Assembly: GCF_009914755.1 (NCBI RefSeq)
Contig: NC_060944.1
DNA from: the human T2T-CHM13v2.0 reference genome, Homo sapiens
Length of the DNA stretch: 64,000 nt
Strand: one strand, 5' to 3'
Position numbers and translations under genes: made by a program. The notes under the pieces are model-generated. The model saw nothing but the letters and a program-made list of their open reading frames with translations. It searched no databases and was not told where the DNA came from. Positions 56,945 to 64,000 of the stretch are shown in pieces. The stretch's first letter is position 1. Every line of letters begins with the position of its first letter.

Positions 56945-57496
56945 TGTTGAGAGGGCTCTAAGAACACCCCTAGGTTTGATGATTTGCTAGCAGGACTCAG
57001 CATATAGTTATATGTACAGGGCTGCGGTTTATTACAGCAGAAGAATACAAAGTAAAATCAGCAGATGGAGAGGCACATGGGGTGGGGTCCAGGGGAAACC
57101 ATGTGTTGGCTTCCAAGGTCCTCTCTCAGTGGTGTCACACAGGACACATTTAATTCCCCCAGTAACAAGTTATGATAACATGTATGAAATGTCTACTAGG
57201 GAAACCTGTTAAAGACTCGGTGCCCAGGGTTTTTATCAAGGGCTGATCATGTAGGAAGCCACTGCTTGGCACATACCCAGCTTCTAGATTCCCAAAAGGA
57301 AGGCAGGTGTTCAGCATAAGCCGTATTGTTTGCATAAACAATTTAGGCACAGTGAACAACTCATATCAGTTAGGGTGGTTGGGAACCCTCCTGAAATCTA
57401 AGTTCCCAGATGTCAGCCAAGGGCTGTTCTTTTAAGTAGGCCTTTCTAAGAGTAAACAATCAGGCCTACCTACTATGTTAACTTTTTATCTACACA
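56945..57496 (-). mobile_element. Solo LTR, MER21/MER77 family, in the intron between exons 10 and 11
   Basis: TG...CA termini; GGTTTGATGATTTGCTAG, CACACAGGAC, TTCAGCATAA, TATGTTAACT match the recalled antisense consensus. Confidence 0.7.
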
Positions 57497-57659
57497 GGAA
57501 ATATGAATGGTTCTTTTGTTTGTTGTTTTGCTTTTTCGATCAAGGAGTTGCTTGGTCTCACTTTAAGGAAGAGTGAATTTCCCTTATAGTAGATGTGTTA
57601 GCTCTGTCCCTATAAGAGCATGATGTGAGAGAGCCTTTAGAAGAGACGTGTTGTTTTAA

Positions 57660-57845
<186 letters not shown>

Positions 57846-57885
57846 TAAGGCAGTTGGAGCTATGAGTCCTGGTCTGGGGTTTTGA

Positions 57886-59678
<1,793 letters not shown>

Positions 59679-62197
59679 ATGGGGAGCATACCCAGGCCGG
59701 AACTGCCATGTCCAGAGCTAGGAGAGAGGACCTGCCTTCTCTGAGAAAGGAGGAAAGCTGCCTACTACAGAGGGCTACAGTTGGACTCACAGATGGGCTA
59801 GGAGATGCCTCCCAACTCCCCGTTGCTCCCACTGGGGACCAGCCATGCCAGGCCTTGCCCCTACTGTCCTCCCAAACCTCAGTAGCTGAGAGATTAGTGG
59901 AGCAGCCTCAGTTGCATCCGGATGTTAGAACTGAATGTGAGTCTGGCACCACTTCCTGGGAAAGTGATGATGAGGAGCAAGGACCCACCGTTCCTGCAGA
60001 CAATGGTCCCATTCCGTCTCTAGTGGGAGATGATACATTAGAGAAAGGAACTGGCCAAGCTCTTGACAGTCATCCCACTATGAAGGATCCTGTAAATGTG
60101 ACCCCCAGTTCCACACCTGAATCCTCACCGACTGATTGCCTGCAGAACAGAGCATTTGATGACGAATTAGGGCTTGGTGGCTCATGCCCTCCTATGAGGG
60201 AAAGTGATACTAGACAAGAAAACTTGAAAACCAAGGCTCTCGTTTCTAACAGTTCTTTGCATTGGATACCCATCCCATCGAATGATGAGGTAGTGAAACA
60301 GCCCAAACCAGAATCCAGAGAACACATACCATCTGTTGAGCCCCAGGTTGGAGAGGAGTGGGAGAAAGCTGCTCCCACCCCTCCTGCATTGCCTGGGGAT
60401 TTGACAGCTGAGGAGGGTCTAGATCCTCTTGACAGCCTTACTTCACTCTGGACTGTGCCATCTCGAGGAGGCAGTGACAGCAATGGCAGTTACTGTCAAC
60501 AGGTGGACATTGAAAAGCTGAAAATCAACGGAGACTCTGAAGCACTGAGTCCTCACGGTGAGTCCACGGATACAGCCTCTGACTTTGAAGGTCACCTCAC
60601 GGAGGACAGCAGTGAGGCTGACACTAGAGAAGCTGCAGTGACAAAGGGATCTTCGGTGGACAAGGATGAGAAACCCAATTGGAACCAATCTGCCCCACTG
60701 TCCAAGGTGAATGGTGACATGCGTCTGGTTACAAGGACAGATGGGATGGTTGCTCCTCAGAGCTGGGTGTCTCGAGTATGTGCGGTCCGCCAAAAGATCC
60801 CAGATTCCCTACTGCTGGCCAGTACTGAGTACCAGCCAAGAGCCGTGTGCCTGTCCATGCCTGGGTCCTCAGTGGAGGCCACTAACCCACTTGTGATGCA
60901 GTTGCTGCAGGGTAGCTTGCCCCTAGAGAAGGTTCTTCCACCAGCCCACGATGACAGCATGTCAGAATCCCCACAAGTACCACTTACAAAAGACCAGAGC
61001 CATGGCTCGCTACGCATGGGATCTTTACATGGTCTTGGAAAAAACAGTGGCATGGTTGATGGAAGCAGCCCCAGTTCTTTAAGGGCTTTGAAGGAGCCTC
61101 TTCTGCCAGATAGCTGTGAAACAGGCACTGGTCTTGCCAGGATTGAGGCCACCCAGGCTCCTGGAGCACCCCAAAAGAATTGCAAGGCAGTCCCAAGTTT
61201 TGACTCCCTCCATCCAGTGACAAATCCCATTACATCCTCTAGGAAACTGGAAGAAATGGATTCCAAAGAGCAGTTCTCTTCCTTTAGTTGTGAAGATCAG
61301 AAGGAAGTCCGTGCTATGTCACAGGACAGCAATTCAAATGCTGCTCCAGGAAAGAGCCCAGGAGATCTTACTACCTCGAGAACACCTCGTTTCTCATCTC
61401 CAAATGTGATCTCCTTTGGTCCAGAGCAGACAGGTCGGGCCCTGGGTGATCAGAGCAATGTTACAGGCCAAGGGAAGAAGCTTTTTGGCTCTGGGAATGT
61501 GGCTGCAACCCTTCAGCGCCCCAGGCCTGCGGACCCGATGCCTCTTCCTGCTGAGATCCCTCCAGTTTTTCCCAGTGGGAAGTTGGGACCAAGCACAAAC
61601 TCCATGTCTGGTGGGGTACAGACTCCAAGGGAAGACTGGGCTCCAAAGCCACATGCCTTTGTTGGCAGCGTCAAGAATGAGAAGACTTTTGTGGGGGGTC
61701 CTCTTAAGGCAAATGCCGAGAACAGGAAAGCTACTGGGCATAGTCCCCTGGAACTGGTGGGTCACTTGGAAGGGATGCCCTTTGTCATGGACTTGCCCTT
61801 CTGGAAATTACCCCGAGAGCCAGGGAAGGGGCTCAGTGAGCCTCTGGAGCCTTCTTCTCTCCCCTCCCAACTCAGCATCAAGCAGGCATTTTATGGGAAG
61901 CTTTCTAAACTCCAACTGAGTTCCACCAGCTTTAATTATTCCTCTAGCTCTCCCACCTTTCCCAAAGGCCTTGCTGGAAGTGTGGTGCAGCTGAGCCACA
62001 AAGCAAACTTTGGTGCGAGCCACAGTGCATCACTTTCCTTGCAAATGTTCACTGACAGCAGCACGGTGGAAAGCATCTCGCTCCAGTGTGCGTGCAGCCT
62101 GAAAGCCATGATCATGTGCCAAGGCTGCGGTGCGTTCTGTCACGATGACTGTATTGGACCCTCAAAGCTCTGTGTATTGTGCCTTGTGGTGAGATAA

Positions 62198-64000
62198 TAA
62201 ATTATGGCCATGGGAAACGTTGTATATTTAGTGTGTGTATTTTGATAATGATTGATCTTAAATCTGTATACAGAATATCATTGATACAATACTCTTTAGG
62301 CAGGAGCACTCTTGCCTTCCCCCAAAATTTACACTGCTAAAGCCCTCTGTCACTTGGCGACCCTTCTGGTCTTGCTGGAGGGGTTTCCTGGGTATAACCC
62401 ATTGGGCTGCCCAAGGCCAGCCAGCCTGAGCTCTCCTGCAAGACAGAGCCTGATGTGGCACGGAGTGGGGTTGCGGGGGGTGGGGGGACTGCCTGACTCC
62501 CAGAGGGACTTGAAACTGAAGCAAGAAGGTTGCATTCTCCACCAAGGGAGTTAACCTACCTGAACTAAGTAGAAATGCCAGTCTTCCACTGCCCCCTCCC
62601 TGCCATCTTTTCTTCTGCTACTTTGGGGAGTTGATGGCCAGGAAAGAAGCCAGCACAGGGTTAAAGTAACTCCTGGCATTGCCCACCAGGGGGCTGGTGC
62701 ACCTGCTGACCTCAGGGTCACAGTTGAGTCATTTGCCAGTTGACGGAGCAAGTTTGACCTTGGTTCTGTTGCTGAAGCAAATTTGGAACTTTTCTGTCTC
62801 AGTGTGATCCACTAACCCACAGGATCATTTGGAACCTTGAATAGCTCTGCTTGGACAATGGGGTTGGGGAATAGGGTTGTCTTTCCTATGAAAATGCCAT
62901 CTGTAGACCTTGTGAGTCAGCCGTCCAGATGTTTGCAGGTGAATTCCTCTGCTTGACATCCTCCCTGTCACTTTGGACCCTATGGGAGTGGGCATCTCCA
63001 CGCACCTGTGTATGTGAAAGTCATTTTACATTTCAAAGCAGTGTGTGTTTCTTATTTTTATATTTTTAACTCTTTATTCTTGGATGTATAAAGTGAACTT
63101 TTTGGCTTCTGTAAGTATGCTCTATGCACCTCTAATGTTTTATCATGTATTTATATGTTGTACACAGTACTGGCTGATTCTGTAAATGGATGTATTGTAC
63201 AGAGAACATGAACGTCTCTTCCTAATTTTACATCTTCAGCATCATTGCATTAAAGTGGTGTAATCTCCTTCTCTACATCTGTTGTCAGAGCCACTGAGTG
63301 CTGTGCTGCTCGACGTGAGGGTGAAATGATTGACTTGTGACCTGCCAGGTTGCCCGATGCCCTGTTGGGTCACCGGCTGGACCTGCTGCAGCCTGCAGAG
63401 CCACAGTCAGCCTGCCCACATGCCACCGAGCAAACGCATCTTGCTTTTCACATCTCTCCTCCTACAGCCTTAATGGCTGCTTGCTGCCATATGTGACAAA
63501 TCACCACCACCAGTGTTAAGTGCTTCTGGATTCATGGGTGAGTTCCCTGGGCAGCCCCCAGGAAGGCCTTCCAGATCTGGCTCCAGGGTCACCACCTGTC
63601 ACAGCAATACCTGGGACCATGCTCTCCTGGGACTGTGAGGCTCCTTTTGACGTACTTTTGACATCAGGCAGGTTTGGGAAGAAACAAAGCCATGCCTGCT
63701 CCTGCCTCTCTCCCAACATGTTTCCAGCAAGTAGATGCCCCTGTGTGTGTTTTCCCTTGCCTTGTTTCCTGCCTTATATCTTGTATTTCGACTTATTACA
63801 GAGTTGAGGGTTCTTGCTTAATTTAGATCAAGTATAAAATTTGTATGACTTCAAGTCTCATTTTATCTGAAAGGTTTTTTTCTCATTTAATCTGATGTGG
63901 CATTTTCGTCATCTGAAGCATGAGTGACAAGTTGGGAATGATGTGGTGATTTAGAATGCAGTATTGGCCAAGTCCAAGTTGTCAACTTAAGCGTCTGTTT
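62198..64000 (+). other. ASXL1: ASXL1 3' UTR (continues beyond window)
   Basis: Follows the TAA-TAA stop; no recognisable repeats; U/GU-rich segments; no distal AATAAA noticed before the window end. Confidence 0.85.

Noticed and set aside
60070-61765. Antisense ORFs of 116-169 aa over exon 13
   Set aside because: Expected shadows of a long coding exon; no motifs or independent expression signals.

Overview
Human (or very close primate) genomic DNA covering the 3' part of ASXL1 on the + strand. Bases 1-52987 are the distal part of a long intron (intron 4 by recalled RefSeq numbering), packed with Alus, L1 remnants, L2/MIR and Tigger/hAT fossils. Nine coding exons follow (52988-62197, all with GT-AG boundaries read from the sequence), then about 1.8 kb of 3' UTR running off the window. 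The main signal is a dual-coding region. An in-frame UCC_UUU_CGU motif (58696-58704), identical to the influenza A PA-X +1 ribosomal frameshift site, leads into a stop-free 153-codon +1 frame. That frame crosses the exon 12/13 junction, spans the leukaemia mutation hotspot and ends just after an HCF-1-binding motif (EHNY). This predicts a natural 701-aa truncated ASXL1-TF protein. I recall a comparative-genomics proposal of this product, so it is probably under-tested rather than unreported. Secondary signals are several template-switch/fold-back palindromes inside Alus, including a 147-bp-arm inverted duplication around an AT-rich spacer, an AluYa5, and an AATAAA overlapping the stop codon. 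Repeat family names are from recall of consensus sequences, not a database search.
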